Below are positions 17,221-26,417 of a stretch of 54,765 bases of DNA, one piece after another. The stretch spans positions 5,401-60,165 of the forward strand of contig CAZJGT010000001.1 of NCBI GenBank assembly GCA_964545565.1, written 5' to 3'. The stretch is from an uncultured Thermoleophilia bacterium. GTDB taxonomy: Bacteria; Actinomycetota; Thermoleophilia; UBA2241. The first letter of the stretch is position 1, and each line of letters begins with the position of its first letter. The position numbers were made by a program, and so were the translations under genes. The notes beneath the pieces are model-generated. The model was not told where the DNA came from, ran no database searches, and saw only the letters and a program-made list of their open reading frames with translations.

Positions 17221-18723
17221 CTACCTGACCGTGATGGTCGTGGTCGGTGACTTCGCCGTGCCGCTCGCGAAGTAGTACTTGGTGGTCTGCGCCGGGCGCA
17301 CGGAGGTGCTGTAGGCGGAGTAGCGGGCCTTGTAGCCTCCGGTCAGGGTCTCCGACATACGTGTGGTCTTGATGCTCCTCGAGCGCCAGCGCCCGTCGTA
17401 GTAGAAGCGCATGGTGACGCTGCGGCCGGCGGGCAGCGCCGGATACAGGCGGCCCTTGAGGGTGATGCGACCGCCCGCCGAGATGCTGGCGTGGTCGCGG
17501 GCCGCCGGGCTGATGCTCATGCTCTTGAAGACCGCCCAGGCGCTGTTCAGCCCCAGCTTCATACGCAGCGACCCGCCGTCGATGAACGTGGTACCGCCGC
17601 TGCCGATGATCGCCGCCTTGACGATGCGCGGCGACGTTCCGCGTTTGACGGTGTAGACGGCGCGCACGGAGCCCTTGGCCGCCAGGGGCTTGCCGATCTG
17701 CGACGTCGAACGACGCAGCGGGCCCCAGTTGTGCCGCGGCCCGTAGGAGTCGTAGGGGTCCTTGACGCCCTTGAGATACGGGAGCTTGCTCGCGCCCGCC
17801 CAGGCCAGCTCGATGTTCTCGGTGCGACCGCCGGAGCAGGAGAAGTACGCGGCGAAGATCGGCTTGCCGCCGTACGTCGGGCACACGCCGGCGGTGTCGC
17901 GGATGGCGCGGGTGGTACGCGCATCCTCGATGTCGACGCCGGCATAGGCCTGGTCGCGGACATCGCAGTAGACGTCCCAGGCCTGGTCCGGCTGGCGGCT
18001 GCCGAGGCTGTAGGCGCGTGCTGCGCAGGCCTGCGCCTTGAGGGACTCCCTCGGCCAGGATGGCGATACCTCGTGCGGCACCACGCCGCGCAGATAGCTC
18101 TCCAGCGCCACGCGATTGATCATCATGAGCGACCCGCCGATGCGCGCCACCCTGATGGTGCCGCGGTAGGCGCCGGTGTCTCCGAGGTCGGTCGCCGTGA
18201 GGATGCGCAGTGCCGCGGACGTGGGTGACAAGGTCGGGACGGCGCCAAAGTCCCTGCTGAACGAGCCGGCGACGACGCGGTACTTGCCTCCGGTGTAGGT
18301 GACCGTCGCCGTCTCGCCGCCGGGGATGGTCGAGGCCTTGCCCGTGCCCTTGACGGTGAAGTCCTTGGGGCAGGTCACCTTGACGGCGCTGAGGCCGCTG
18401 CGCAGACGCACGCGGATGATCGGATTGGCGACGTTCGAGAGTGAGATGCCGCTGTAGTAGTGCTTGAGGATGGCCCGGTAGGTCCAGCCGTGCTTGGCGT
18501 ACCCGTAGGCGCCCCACTGCGACATGCCGACGCCGTGACCCCAGCCGTGACCCGTGATCGTGAACGCGTACTGCGAAGAGCGCGCGGACGCCGGACCTGC
18601 GGCTACGAGGAGGACGAGCGCGGCGAGCAGGCCGGCGAGTGCCGGCTTGCCCCAGCGACCGGCGAGTCGTCGCACAGTGGATGGGTCGTGGGTGCTTGGG
18701 GATGTGGGGTGAAAGGGGGTCAT
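17221..18723 (-). CDS. SpoIID/LytB-domain protein (peptidoglycan lytic transglycosylase or amidase-enhancer family), secreted
   Basis: LESYLRGVVPHEVSPSWPRESLKAQACAARAYS...DVYCDVRDQAYAG...AAYFSCSGGRTENIE. I prefer ATG 18723 (SD AGGAG; signal peptide ...LLVAAGPASARS) over 18816. Confidence 0.85.
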   Translation of the reverse strand: MTPFHPTSPSTHDPSTVRRLAGRWGKPALAGLLAALVLLVAAGPASARSSQYAFTITGHGWGHGVGMSQWGAYGYAKHGWTYRAILKHYYSGISLSNVANPIIRVRLRSGLSAVKVTCPKDFTVKGTGKASTIPGGETATVTYTGGKYRVVAGSFSRDFGAVPTLSPTSAALRILTATDLGDTGAYRGTIRVARIGGSLMMINRVALESYLRGVVPHEVSPSWPRESLKAQACAARAYSLGSRQPDQAWDVYCDVRDQAYAGVDIEDARTTRAIRDTAGVCPTYGGKPIFAAYFSCSGGRTENIELAWAGASKLPYLKGVKDPYDSYGPRHNWGPLRRSTSQIGKPLAAKGSVRAVYTVKRGTSPRIVKAAIIGSGGTTFIDGGSLRMKLGLNSAWAVFKSMSISPAARDHASISAGGRITLKGRLYPALPAGRSVTMRFYYDGRWRSRSIKTTRMSETLTGGYKARYSAYSTSVRPAQTTKYYFASGTAKSPTTTITVR

Positions 18724-18939
18724 AGGCTCCTGAGGCGCCGGCGCCTCCGCGGCTGAGGATACGCGCTCCGCATGAGAGGGGCAAACGCACTGGTTGTGGT
18801 CATCACTGCTTCTCACATCGGCCGCGATCTCCTTTTCTGAAGACGCTGCTGAGGCGTGCCGTCCTAGCGGCGGCCGGCGTTCACACGTGATACCCTCGAT
18901 CGACGCTTCGCACAGGGGAAGACGGGGCCGGCGGCGAAA

Positions 18940-18975
18940 GCGTGGCCGGGCCCGCAGGGGCGGTCCCGGCCACGC
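18940..18975 (+). other. 11-bp perfect-stem hairpin in the leader of the NlpC/P60 gene
   Basis: GCGTGGCCGGG-N14-CCCGGCCACGC, 39 nt upstream of ATG 19014 in a 290-nt divergent intergenic region. Confidence 0.5.
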
Positions 18976-19013
18976 TCAAGGCGCCGGCCCACACGCCGAT
19001 AGCAGTACGAGAT

Positions 19014-20345
19014 ATGAGTCCACGTCGCATCTTCCTCCACCTCATCACCCTCGTGGCGCTGTCCGCGGCGACAGCGGCCGTGCTCGCCGCGCCGGCGTTC
19101 GCCAAGTCGTACAGCGACGTGCCGAGGAGTCACTGGGCCTCCTCGTACATCTCCTCGGTGACGAATCACAGCGCTCGCGGCCATCGCCTGCTCGATGACT
19201 TCGGCGCCGCGTTCAAGCCGGAGCGCGCCATCACGCGCGAGCATCTGGCGCGCTCCCTTGTCCTCGCCTCCGGTCACTATCGTGAGAAGATCACGCCGGT
19301 GGAGATCAAGGACGTGCCCAAGGGCCACCGCTACTACACGGTGATCCAGATGGCGGTGCATTTGGGCTACCTCTCCCTGGACCGCAAGGGCAATTTCCAG
19401 CCGAAGAGGAAGGTCGCGGCTGCCAAGGCCGAGGCCGCGATCATCCGCTGGCTCAAGGAGCGGTACTCCTCGTCCAACTGGGAACTGCTCGACACGCTGC
19501 ATCCCGGTCGCTGGCAACCGAACCCGGGCTGGAAGACCGGCGCGCGGTCCACTCTGCCCTGGGTGGTCGCCTCGCGCCAACTGCAGCTGCGCTTCAATCA
19601 TCCGAGCTCCGGCGACGGCCACGAGGTGACGCCGGCCGAACCGATCGACCGGGCGGAGGTGGCCTACCTGTTCTACCGCGCCTATCAGGTCGCCGGCAGC
19701 TGGATGCTCGTGGGGCTCGCCGATTACTCGGACGTCACCTTCCCGGCGCTGAGCGATCGCCAGAAGCAGGTGGTCAAGTACGCGCTGAAGTATGTCGGCT
19801 ACCCCTACATCTGGGGTGGCGAGTACCCGACGAAGGACTCGCCGTACGGCTACCAGAAGGCCGGCGGCTTCGACTGCTCGGGCTACGTCTTCTACGTCAT
19901 GAAGATGCACTTCGGCTACGGCATCACCGTGAACGAACGGGGCGCGCATGACATGGCCGCTCGCGCCAAGCCGCGCATCAAGCGCAGCCGGCTCAAGTGC
20001 GGCGACCTCATCTTCTTCGGTCCCAAGGGCACTACCTCGAGTGTCAACTCGATCTACCACGCGGCGCTCTACCTCGGCAACGGCTGGTTCATCCACTCCA
20101 CGGGGTCGAGTGACGGTGTGACACTTGCATCGCTCGACAAGTCGAGCTACTGGAAGGCCGCGTTCGCGTGGGGTCGCCGTCTGCTCACCCCGGCGGAGCT
20201 CGTGCTGCCCTCGCCCTCGCCTTCCGCCAGCGCCGTTGCGGCGCCGGAGCCGGCGACCACGCCGTCGCCGTCGCCCGACGCGACGTCGCCGTCCCCTGTG
20301 CCCGAGCTGTCGCCGTCCGAGTCCCCTGCGCCGGTCCAGCCGTGA
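19014..20345 (+). CDS. Secreted NlpC/P60 peptidoglycan endopeptidase with N-terminal SLH-like repeats and a Pro/Ser-rich tail
   Basis: Signal peptide MSPRRIFLHLITLVALSAATAAVLAAPAFA. SLH-like segment YSDVPRSHWASSYISSV...ITREHLARSLV. Catalytic GGFDCSGYVFYV and HAALYLGNGWFIHS. The alternative GTG at 18942 would include the hairpin. Confidence 0.85.
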   Translation: MSPRRIFLHLITLVALSAATAAVLAAPAFAKSYSDVPRSHWASSYISSVTNHSARGHRLLDDFGAAFKPERAITREHLARSLVLASGHYREKITPVEIKDVPKGHRYYTVIQMAVHLGYLSLDRKGNFQPKRKVAAAKAEAAIIRWLKERYSSSNWELLDTLHPGRWQPNPGWKTGARSTLPWVVASRQLQLRFNHPSSGDGHEVTPAEPIDRAEVAYLFYRAYQVAGSWMLVGLADYSDVTFPALSDRQKQVVKYALKYVGYPYIWGGEYPTKDSPYGYQKAGGFDCSGYVFYVMKMHFGYGITVNERGAHDMAARAKPRIKRSRLKCGDLIFFGPKGTTSSVNSIYHAALYLGNGWFIHSTGSSDGVTLASLDKSSYWKAAFAWGRRLLTPAELVLPSPSPSASAVAAPEPATTPSPSPDATSPSPVPELSPSESPAPVQP

Positions 20346-21394
20346 CGACTCGACGTGACCCTCGTGCGCCGCGCCGGCCAGGACTCGTCGCCGTCCTCGT
20401 GCTGCCCGTCCTCTGCGCCTTGGCGTCCTTCGCCGGCGCCGCGAGTGCTGCCGCGCCCACGCAGCTCAGCGTGAGCGTGGCGCCGCGGACGGTCGTCCAT
20501 TCCGCGTCGGCGGTCATCAGCGGTTCCATCGCGGACGTACCGGGCGCCGGCATCTCTCTGCTCGCGCGCCCGGCCGGCGCCGCCGACTGGTCACCGGCCG
20601 GCTCGAGGACGGCAGGCGCCGACGGCGCCTTCCGCTTCAAGGTGAAGCCGGCCGTCACCACAGACTATCGCGTCGAGTACGCCGGCGACGCCGAGCACGA
20701 GCCGGCCGCGGTCGACGTGACGGTGCGCGTGCGGCCGAAGGTCACGACCTCCTTCCCCGCCAGTCTCTGGCTCGGGCGTTCCGTCACGCTCAGGGGCGCC
20801 GTCGCGCCCAGGCTGCCCGGAGGTACGGTGACCATCGAGCGGCGCGTCGCTGGGGTTTGGCAGCCGCTGTTGACGACGACGCTCGACGCGGACTCACGCT
20901 TCTCCCTGCGCTGGACGCCGGACAGCTTCGGCTTCTTCCGTCTGCGCGCCCGTGTCGATGCCGGCGTCGATCTCGCCGCGGGCGCCTCCGCCTGGGAGTT
21001 GGTGGTCGTCAACCGGCCGAACGCGCACCGCGTGCCGTACCGGTACGCGCACTACATCGTCATCGTGCGGCACCAGTACCGCCTCTACTACTACGAGCAC
21101 GGTGCCCTCATCAGGGCGTTCGATGTGGCCCTCGGTCGCCCCGGCTACCGCACGCCGCTCGGCTACTACCGCATCTACACGAAGCGCAAGCCGGGTGGCG
21201 GGGCGCTCGGCTCCTGCGTGATGTTCTACCGGAAGAAGCGCGGTATCGCGATCCACGGCACCAACCAGCCGCACCTCGTTCGTCGTCCCGCTCCGCGGGC
21301 TTCTTCGCACGGCTGCGCGCGCATGCTGAACCGTCAGGCGCTGTGGCTGTACGCTCGCTGCCCAGTGGGTACCCGCATCCACAATCTGCGCTGA
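20342..21394 (+). CDS. L,D-transpeptidase (YkuD domain) with two N-terminal Ig-like beta-sandwich repeats
   Basis: YIVIVRHQYRLYYYEHGALIRAFDVALGR...IAIHGTN...SHGCARM. GTG 20342 forms a GTGA overlap with the P60 stop. Signal-like segment LVAVLVLPVLCALASFAGAASA. Confidence 0.85.
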   Translation: MTTRRDPRAPRRPGLVAVLVLPVLCALASFAGAASAAAPTQLSVSVAPRTVVHSASAVISGSIADVPGAGISLLARPAGAADWSPAGSRTAGADGAFRFKVKPAVTTDYRVEYAGDAEHEPAAVDVTVRVRPKVTTSFPASLWLGRSVTLRGAVAPRLPGGTVTIERRVAGVWQPLLTTTLDADSRFSLRWTPDSFGFFRLRARVDAGVDLAAGASAWELVVVNRPNAHRVPYRYAHYIVIVRHQYRLYYYEHGALIRAFDVALGRPGYRTPLGYYRIYTKRKPGGGALGSCVMFYRKKRGIAIHGTNQPHLVRRPAPRASSHGCARMLNRQALWLYARCPVGTRIHNLR

Positions 21395-21477
21395 CGGATG
21401 CGCGCACGGGGGCCCTCTCTCCGGGGGCTGGGCTTCTGAGACGCCCGTAGCGTAGACTCCGCTAGGAGGATCCGATC

Positions 21478-22521
21478 GTGGAGGCCACTGTGAACGCTCG
21501 CCCGAACCTTTTCGTCGCCGTCGTCCTGCTGGCGCTCGCCGCTGCGCTGGTCGCCTGCCTGCCGGCCGTCGCGCCGGCGGCGGAGGCGCCGTCGCCGACG
21601 CTCAGCGCCGCGCCGGCGACGCTGGTCTACGGCGCGACGACCAAGCTCACGGCGCGAATCGGGATCCCCGATGCCGTGCTGACGCTGAGTCGTCAACGCC
21701 TCGGCGAGACTGAGTTCACCACCGTCGCCACGGGCGTCGCCGACGCGCGCGGCGTCGCCTCCTGGACGCGGAAGCCTTCGGCTTCGACCACCTTCCGCAT
21801 TGATTTCGCGGGAGACGCCACGTGGGAGGCCGCCTACGCGGAGGCGTTCGTGGGCGTGCGGCCCCGAATCACGCTCAGCGCCACGGCACGCAAGCCGGTG
21901 CTGGAGCACCACCGCGTGCGCTACGCGGTGACCGTGCGGCCCGCGCACCCTGGCGGACTCGTTCAGCTGCAGCGCCGGTCGGCGGACGGCTGGACGCCGC
22001 TCAAGGAGCTCACCTTGGGCGCCGACTCGCGGGCGACCGTCAGGCTGCCGGCCGGCAAGCCGGGCCGGCTGGTCGTGCGCGCCGAGATGGCCGCGGACGC
22101 GGCCCACCTCTCGGCGCGCAGTCCGTCGTGGAAGACCACCGTGTTCGATCGCCGCAATCCCTACGGCGTCCCGCCGAAGCTCGCGCGCCTCATCCTCGTC
22201 GACCTCAGCAAGTACAAGCTCTACTACCACGAGCGCGGTCGCGTGATCCGCGTCTTCGACTGCGTCCTCGGACGTCCCGGGCTCCCCACGCCCAAAGGCC
22301 ACTACAGGATCTATGCCATGGATCCACGCATGGGCGGGCCCTACGGACCGCGACGGATGCGCTACCGCGGGCTCTACGCCATCCACGGCACCAACGAGCC
22401 GTGGCTGCTACGCCGCTTCCCGCGCAACTACTCCCACGGCTGCACACGGCTCTCCAACACGCACGTCAAGTGGTTGTACGCACGCGTGCGCGTCGGCACG
22501 CCGGTCTGGAACGTGCCGTGA
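21478..22521 (+). CDS. L,D-transpeptidase (YkuD domain), paralog of the preceding gene
   Basis: Same architecture: signal peptide, two Ig-like repeats, LILVDLSKYKLYYHERGRVIRVFDCVLGR...YAIHGTN...SHGCTRL. SD AGGAGGA. Confidence 0.9.
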   Translation: MEATVNARPNLFVAVVLLALAAALVACLPAVAPAAEAPSPTLSAAPATLVYGATTKLTARIGIPDAVLTLSRQRLGETEFTTVATGVADARGVASWTRKPSASTTFRIDFAGDATWEAAYAEAFVGVRPRITLSATARKPVLEHHRVRYAVTVRPAHPGGLVQLQRRSADGWTPLKELTLGADSRATVRLPAGKPGRLVVRAEMAADAAHLSARSPSWKTTVFDRRNPYGVPPKLARLILVDLSKYKLYYHERGRVIRVFDCVLGRPGLPTPKGHYRIYAMDPRMGGPYGPRRMRYRGLYAIHGTNEPWLLRRFPRNYSHGCTRLSNTHVKWLYARVRVGTPVWNVP

Positions 22522-22575
22522 GCTGAGCGTGGCCGTCGCTGCGCCGGGGCGTCGGCCGTTCGCCGTCGCCGGCGC

Positions 22576-23577
22576 TCAGCCGACCTCGCCGTACTGGCGC
22601 GCGTAGTACTCGCGCCACTCGCCCGACTTGATGGGCCGCCACCACTGCGTATGGTCGCGGTACCACTCCACCGTCCGCGCGAGACCGGCCTCGAACTCGA
22701 CCTCCGGCCGCCATCCCAGCGCCCTGAGCTTCGTGCAGTCGACGGCGTAGCGGCGATCGTGGCCCGGCCGGTCGGCCACGTGGCGGATGAGGTCCTCGCC
22801 CTTGCCGAGCAACTCGAGGATGCGCCGCGTGAGCGCGAGGTTGCGCACCTCGTTGCCGCCGCCGATGTTGTAGATCTCTCCGGCCGCGCCCTCGCGCAGC
22901 ACCAGGTCGATGCCGGCGCAGTTGTCGTCCACGTGAAGCCAGTCGCGCACGTTGAGGCCGTCGCCGTACACCGGCAGCGGCAGATCGTCGATAGCGTTGG
23001 TGATGAACAGGGGGATGATCTTCTCCGGGAACTGCCAGGCGCCGTAGTTGTTCGAGCTGCGCGTGATCACGACGGGCGTACCGAAGGTGCGGTGAGAGGC
23101 GAGCACGAGGAGGTCCGCCCCTGCCTTGCTGGCAGAGTATGGGCTGGAGGGATCGAGGTCCGATTCCTCGGTGAAGGCGCCGACCTCCGTGCTCCCGTAG
23201 ACCTCGTCGGTGCTGATCTGCAGGTAGCGGGAGATCTCGAGCTCGCGCACCGCCTCGAGCAGCGTGTGCGTACCGAGAACGTCGGTGCGGATGAAGTCCT
23301 GGGGACCGCTGATGGAGCGGTCGACGTGCGTCTCCGCGGCGAAGTTGACGACGGCGTCGGCGCCGCGCAGCGTCTCGCCGACGACGGCGGCGTCGCAGAT
23401 ATCGCCGCGGAAGAAGCTGTAGCGCGGGTCATCCTCGACGTCGCGCAGGTTCTCGAGGTTGCCGGCGTAGGTGAGCTTGTCGAGGTTGACGACCTCGACG
23501 TCGTCATAGCGATCGAGCATGAAGCGGACGAAGTTGGAGCCGATGAAGCCGGCGCCGCCGGTGACCACGAGTCTCAC
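22576..23577 (-). CDS. rmlB: dTDP-glucose 4,6-dehydratase
   Basis: VRLVVTGGAGFIGSNFV, catalytic YSASKAGADLL, C-terminal WYRDH. GTG 23577 is preceded by AAGGAGG; the ORF-track start at 23700 is an upstream extension. Confidence 0.9.
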   Translation of the reverse strand: MRLVVTGGAGFIGSNFVRFMLDRYDDVEVVNLDKLTYAGNLENLRDVEDDPRYSFFRGDICDAAVVGETLRGADAVVNFAAETHVDRSISGPQDFIRTDVLGTHTLLEAVRELEISRYLQISTDEVYGSTEVGAFTEESDLDPSSPYSASKAGADLLVLASHRTFGTPVVITRSSNNYGAWQFPEKIIPLFITNAIDDLPLPVYGDGLNVRDWLHVDDNCAGIDLVLREGAAGEIYNIGGGNEVRNLALTRRILELLGKGEDLIRHVADRPGHDRRYAVDCTKLRALGWRPEVEFEAGLARTVEWYRDHTQWWRPIKSGEWREYYARQYGEVG

Positions 23578-23648
23578 GTTGCGCCCTCCTTTGGTGACTT
23601 GCCGGCGCGGTCTCGCCAACGTGCGGTCTGCGGCAGACCGGCCCCACG

Positions 23649-24494
23649 CTACCTGAGCGGGGCGAGCCTGTCGACGGCCTCGGCGACGCCCTCCGCCCAA
23701 TGCGGCAGGCGCGGGACGGGCCGCTCACTGCCGAGGGCCGAGAAGGCCGGCCGGCGCGCCGGCCGGCCCGCCTCGGCCGTGGTGATCGGTTCGACCTCGA
23801 CCTCGATGCCGGCGAGCTGTGCGACCTCGCGAGCCATCTCGCACCACGAGCAATAGCCGCTGCCGGCGAGGTGGTAGATGCCGGGGCCGAGGCCGCGGCG
23901 CAGCGCCTCGTCGACGGCTGCCGCGAGGTGCGCGGCGTAGGTGGGCGAACCGACCTGGTCGTCGACGACCTTGAGCGGCTCGCCCGTCCCGGCGCGCTTG
24001 CGCGCCGCGGCGAGGATCGTCTTCACGAAGTTGTGGCCGGTCTCGCTGAACAGCCACGACGTTCTGATCACGATGCCGTGTGCCCAGCCGAGCACCTCCT
24101 TCTCTGCGGCGAGCTTGGTGCGTCCGTAGACGTTGAGCGGATGCGGGCCGTCCGTCTCGACGTAGGGCGCGCCCTTGGCGCCGTCGAAGACGTAGTCGGT
24201 GCTGAAGAAGACGACGGTGGTGTGCGTGCCGCGCACCGCCTCCACCACGCTGCGCGTGCCGAGTAGGTTGACCGCCTCGGCGGTCGCGGGATCCGACTCG
24301 GCGCCGTCGACGTCGGTGTAGGCGGCGCAGTGCACCACGGCGTCAGGGGAGAATCCGTGCACCGCCGCCTTCACGGCGTCGGCATCGCGGATGTCCAGCG
24401 CCTCCTCGCGGCTGAGGAAGACCTCGCCCTCGAGGACGTGCGCGAAGGCGGTCGCCAGCTGGCCTCCCGCTCCAGTGACGAACCAGCGCGGCAT
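23649..24494 (-). CDS. rmlD: dTDP-4-dehydrorhamnose reductase
   Basis: MPRWFVTGAGGQLA...HCAAYTDVDGAE...YGRTKLAAE...TSWLF..., typical of RmlD. Confidence 0.9.
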   Translation of the reverse strand: MPRWFVTGAGGQLATAFAHVLEGEVFLSREEALDIRDADAVKAAVHGFSPDAVVHCAAYTDVDGAESDPATAEAVNLLGTRSVVEAVRGTHTTVVFFSTDYVFDGAKGAPYVETDGPHPLNVYGRTKLAAEKEVLGWAHGIVIRTSWLFSETGHNFVKTILAAARKRAGTGEPLKVVDDQVGSPTYAAHLAAAVDEALRRGLGPGIYHLAGSGYCSWCEMAREVAQLAGIEVEVEPITTAEAGRPARRPAFSALGSERPVPRLPHWAEGVAEAVDRLAPLR

Positions 24495-24512
24495 GTGCGT
24501 CGTCGGCCGCGC

Positions 24513-25001
24513 CTAGCGCAGCTTGACGCCCCAGTCGTACGGGATCGCTGCGCTGTCGTGGGGCAGCTCGAGCTGGTCGGGGTCGTCGTACTTGTACACC
24601 TCTGACGGGGCGTTCACGATGTACGCCTCCTCGGTGCTGACGCACTTCCAGCCGTGCCAGAGGCCCGGCGGAACGCGCACCAGCAGTGGCCGGTGCTCAC
24701 CGAGGAAGAACTCGTCGATCTGGCCGGCCGTCGGCGAGGGCTCGTGTCCCGGCGCGGCCGCGTCGCCCGCGACCCCGCGACCGTCGAACAACGCGAGCTT
24801 GATCATGCCCTTGACGCAAACGATGGCGTCCCATTGCGCGTCGTGCAGATGCCACCCCTTGACCACACCGGGGAAGGTTGTCGTCATGTAGAACTGCCCG
24901 AAGCGGACGAAGAGCTCGTCGTCGCAGCGCAGGCACTCCATGAGACGGCCGCGCTCGTCGGGGATCACCTTGAGTCGCTTGGTCATGACACCGTCGATCA
25001 T
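24513..25001 (-). CDS. rmlC: dTDP-4-dehydrorhamnose 3,5-epimerase-like cupin (short RmlC-family form)
   Basis: IPDERGRLMECL...FPGVVKGWHLHDAQWDAIVCVKG... in a cupin fold, placed between rmlA and rmlD. A keto-isomerase function cannot be excluded. Confidence 0.7.
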   Translation of the reverse strand: MIDGVMTKRLKVIPDERGRLMECLRCDDELFVRFGQFYMTTTFPGVVKGWHLHDAQWDAIVCVKGMIKLALFDGRGVAGDAAAPGHEPSPTAGQIDEFFLGEHRPLLVRVPPGLWHGWKCVSTEEAYIVNAPSEVYKYDDPDQLELPHDSAAIPYDWGVKLR

Positions 25002-25038
25002 CTGTGCTCCTCCTCCGGATGCACCGCGACGGGTCCCA

Positions 25039-26103
25039 CTACAGGATCCCGATCCGGCACGAGTCGCCCACCAGAAAGCGGTAGGCCACGGGCCGCGCCT
25101 CGCTGTGGGCGATCACGCAGTCGCGACCGATGAGGCTGTCCGTCATACGTGTGCCCAGGTGCGAGATGCGACTGTTCTCGAGCACGATCGAGTGCTCGAG
25201 CTCGGCGTAGTCCACCACCACGCCGTCACTGATCGACGTGTAGGGGCCGACGAAGGTGTCGGAGAGGCGGCAGCCGGAGCCGATCACGACCGGCCCGCGC
25301 ACCGTGCAGCGGTCGAGCCGGCTGCCCTTGCCGATCCGCACCGGGCCTTCGAGGGTGGTCTCGTGCAGCACGCCGCGGACGTCACCGACCAGGGTGCTGA
25401 GCACCAGCCGGTTGGCCTCGAGCATGTCCTCGAGCTTACCGGTGTCCTTCCACCAGCCGGTGACCACATGCGGCTCCACGCGCAGGCCGCGTTCGACCAT
25501 GTGCTGGATCGCGTCGGTGATCTCGAGCTCGCCGCGCGCGCTCGGTGCGATCGCCTTGACGCTGTCGAAGACGGCCGCGGTGAAGAGATACACGCCCACA
25601 AGGGCGAGGTCGCTGCGCGGCTCGGCCGGCTTCTCCGCCAGCCGCGCGACCCGACCTTCCCCGTCCAGCTCGGCGATGCCGTAGTTCTGGGGGTCGGGGA
25701 CCTTCTGGAGAAGGATGAGGGCGTCGGGGCGGCTCTCGTCGAACGCCCTCACGAACGGTGCGACGCCCTCCTTCAGGAGGTTGTCGCCGAGGTACATGAC
25801 GAAGGGCTCGTCGCCGAGATAAGCCTCGCTGATCAGCACCGCGTGCGCGAGCCCCAGCGGCGCCTCCTGGGGCAGGTACGTGACGGCGAGACCGAAGGCG
25901 CTGCCGTCGCCCACGGCGGCCTCGATCGCGGCGCGGGTGTCGCCGACGACGATGCCCACCTCGGTGATCCCCGACGCGCGAAGAGCCTCGAGGCCGTAGA
26001 ACAACACGGGCTTGTTGGCGACCGGCACGAGCTGCTTGGCGGCGGTGTGGGTGATGGGCCGCAGGCGGGTCCCGGCGCCGCCGCTGAGGATGAGGCCTTT
26101 CAT
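25039..26103 (-). CDS. rmlA: Glucose-1-phosphate thymidylyltransferase (long form with C-terminal left-handed beta-helix)
   Basis: MKGLILSGGAGTRLRPITHTAAKQLVPVANKPVL...; hexapeptide repeats in the C-terminal third. Confidence 0.9.
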   Translation of the reverse strand: MKGLILSGGAGTRLRPITHTAAKQLVPVANKPVLFYGLEALRASGITEVGIVVGDTRAAIEAAVGDGSAFGLAVTYLPQEAPLGLAHAVLISEAYLGDEPFVMYLGDNLLKEGVAPFVRAFDESRPDALILLQKVPDPQNYGIAELDGEGRVARLAEKPAEPRSDLALVGVYLFTAAVFDSVKAIAPSARGELEITDAIQHMVERGLRVEPHVVTGWWKDTGKLEDMLEANRLVLSTLVGDVRGVLHETTLEGPVRIGKGSRLDRCTVRGPVVIGSGCRLSDTFVGPYTSISDGVVVDYAELEHSIVLENSRISHLGTRMTDSLIGRDCVIAHSEARPVAYRFLVGDSCRIGIL

Positions 26104-26128
26104 GGGCGTGCCCCCCTGCGCCCGCAGC

Positions 26129-26404
26129 TCAGATGGTCTCGTCGCCGGCCAGCTCGTCGTCCGTCTCGGTGGAGAGCAGGTCGAGCACGTGATGCTCGTC
26201 GACCGCCTTGCCGACGAAAACCACGTTGGGGCCCGTCCAAAGGGTGACGCGGGCCCCCACCGGCAGACGGTACGGACCCCCGTCGAGGACGATGCTCGTC
26301 AGTGTGGAGCGCTCGATGTCGCGCGTGACCTCGGCGCTGTCGATGCGGAAGGGTTCCGCATCGCCGAGCTGCAGGCGCGGCTCTCTGCTGTCGTCGATGA
26401 TCAC
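26129..26404 (-). CDS. Hypothetical small acidic protein, first gene of the rml operon
   Basis: Third-codon positions in this frame are almost all G/C. VIIDDSREPRLQLGDAEPFRIDSAEVTRDIERSTL...VDEHHVLDLLSTETDDELAGDETI. I prefer GTG 26404, 7 nt after a TATACT box, over 26449. No family recognised. Confidence 0.5.
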   Translation of the reverse strand: MIIDDSREPRLQLGDAEPFRIDSAEVTRDIERSTLTSIVLDGGPYRLPVGARVTLWTGPNVVFVGKAVDEHHVLDLLSTETDDELAGDETI

Positions 26405-26411
26405 GCGGCGG

Positions 26412-26417
26412 AGTATA
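26412..26417 (-). promoter_or_regulatory. -10 box TATACT 7 nt upstream of GTG 26404 (leaderless candidate; rml operon promoter)
   Basis: On the minus strand, TATACT-ccgccgc-GTG. Confidence 0.4.

Noticed and set aside
18724-19013. c-di-AMP (ydaO) riboswitch upstream of the NlpC/P60 gene
   Set aside because: The association is known in Actinomycetota, but the conserved ACGGGG...CCCGAA...CAGCUAACCUCGUA-type blocks are absent. Only a generic hairpin is present; it is kept as a low-interest finding.
22521-22580. GCTGAGCG...CGCTCAGC inverted repeat between the second L,D-transpeptidase and rmlB as a terminator
   Set aside because: It has only 8-bp arms separated by 43 nt and overlaps both stop codons. 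That is too weak to call.
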